Below, one piece after another: positions 63,368 through 64,000 of a DNA stretch of 64,000 nt. The notes below the pieces were generated by a model. It did no database searches and was not told where the DNA came from. It was given only the letters and a program-made list of their open reading frames with translations. Each line of letters begins with the position of its first letter. Position 1 is the first letter of the stretch. A program made the translations under genes and the position numbers. Origin of the DNA: Selaginella moellendorffii (lineage: Eukaryota; Plantae; Lycopodiophyta); NCBI RefSeq assembly GCF_000143415.4, contig NW_003314368.1:330792-394791 (forward strand), given 5' to 3'.

Positions 63368-63499
63368 GATCAACCAAAGCGACTCATCAATCTGCGCCTT
63401 TCAGCTCATTTCAAAAAAGGAAGGACGAAAATAAAAAGGTTAAAAAAAAAGTAGAAAAAAGAAAAGAACAAAACCACATAGACAACGAATAGTAAACTA

Positions 63500-64000
63500 C
63501 TAACCAGTCGACTTGACAAAGACAAAGTCAGGAAGGATATACCCACAAAAAGCCACGAGTCACGTAAAGCTTTTGGAGACGGAAAGAGAAGAGCATTCGC
63601 TTAATCACGGAAAGAACCATAGACACATAAGGCCCGCCTAGAATCTCACTTTACCGGCTCAAATAAAAAGAATCTAAACTGCTGCAGTCACCTGCATTCA
63701 TCAGCAAGCACAAATATCAAACAGGACCGAGTAAAGTGAATGGAAATTCTACCTTGTATGACGACATGCGCAAGAACTCAAAGACCCTACACCGGAAACA
63801 TTAGCATATGCATAGTGATGTCATCGAACCACAAATATTGCCTCGAATCCGGTCTCTGAGTTTTCGACATCCTTTTCTTCTATATCGGCTGCAAAAACCC
63901 GGAAAATCAAACTTCCTGAAGCACCAACTAACCACACTCTTACCAAAAACTACGTCGGAAACTTCTTCGTACGTATCCAGCTTGAGTTTTCCATCGCAGT
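63500..64000 (-). CDS. 3' exons of an unidentified gene running off the window
   Basis: Several short GT-AG-bounded segments, e.g. CDGKLKLDTYEEVSDVVF followed by GTAAG at ~63940. Confidence 0.35.

Overview
Eukaryotic, gene-dense land-plant DNA. Tiny introns (about 45-70 nt), intergenic gaps often under 200 bp and PLS-class PPR genes with insertions point to a lycophyte such as Selaginella (inference). The window alternates between GC-rich gene blocks and AT-rich decayed islands (about 1-6.0 kb, 12-25.2 kb and 38.3-41 kb). Genes include a GDSL lipase, ZMAT5-like zinc finger, RUP-like WD40, two PPRs, a CreA-family protein, an F-box, a non-canonical NB-ARC-ARM STAND protein, a lysine methyltransferase, an STP sugar transporter, SMC1, RPAP2, EMC10, NDUFB11, a TraB-domain protein, WAV2/ABHD13, eIF2B-alpha and a secreted W-x-x-H-G-x-P propeller protein. 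The islands hold four relics of one short-LTR Ty3/gypsy family (4-bp TSD, apparent -1 gag/pol frameshift), a TRIM, and tightly packed ghost ORFs, including a probable HECT-type E3 ligase relic. All family assignments come from motif recognition by eye, with no database searches.
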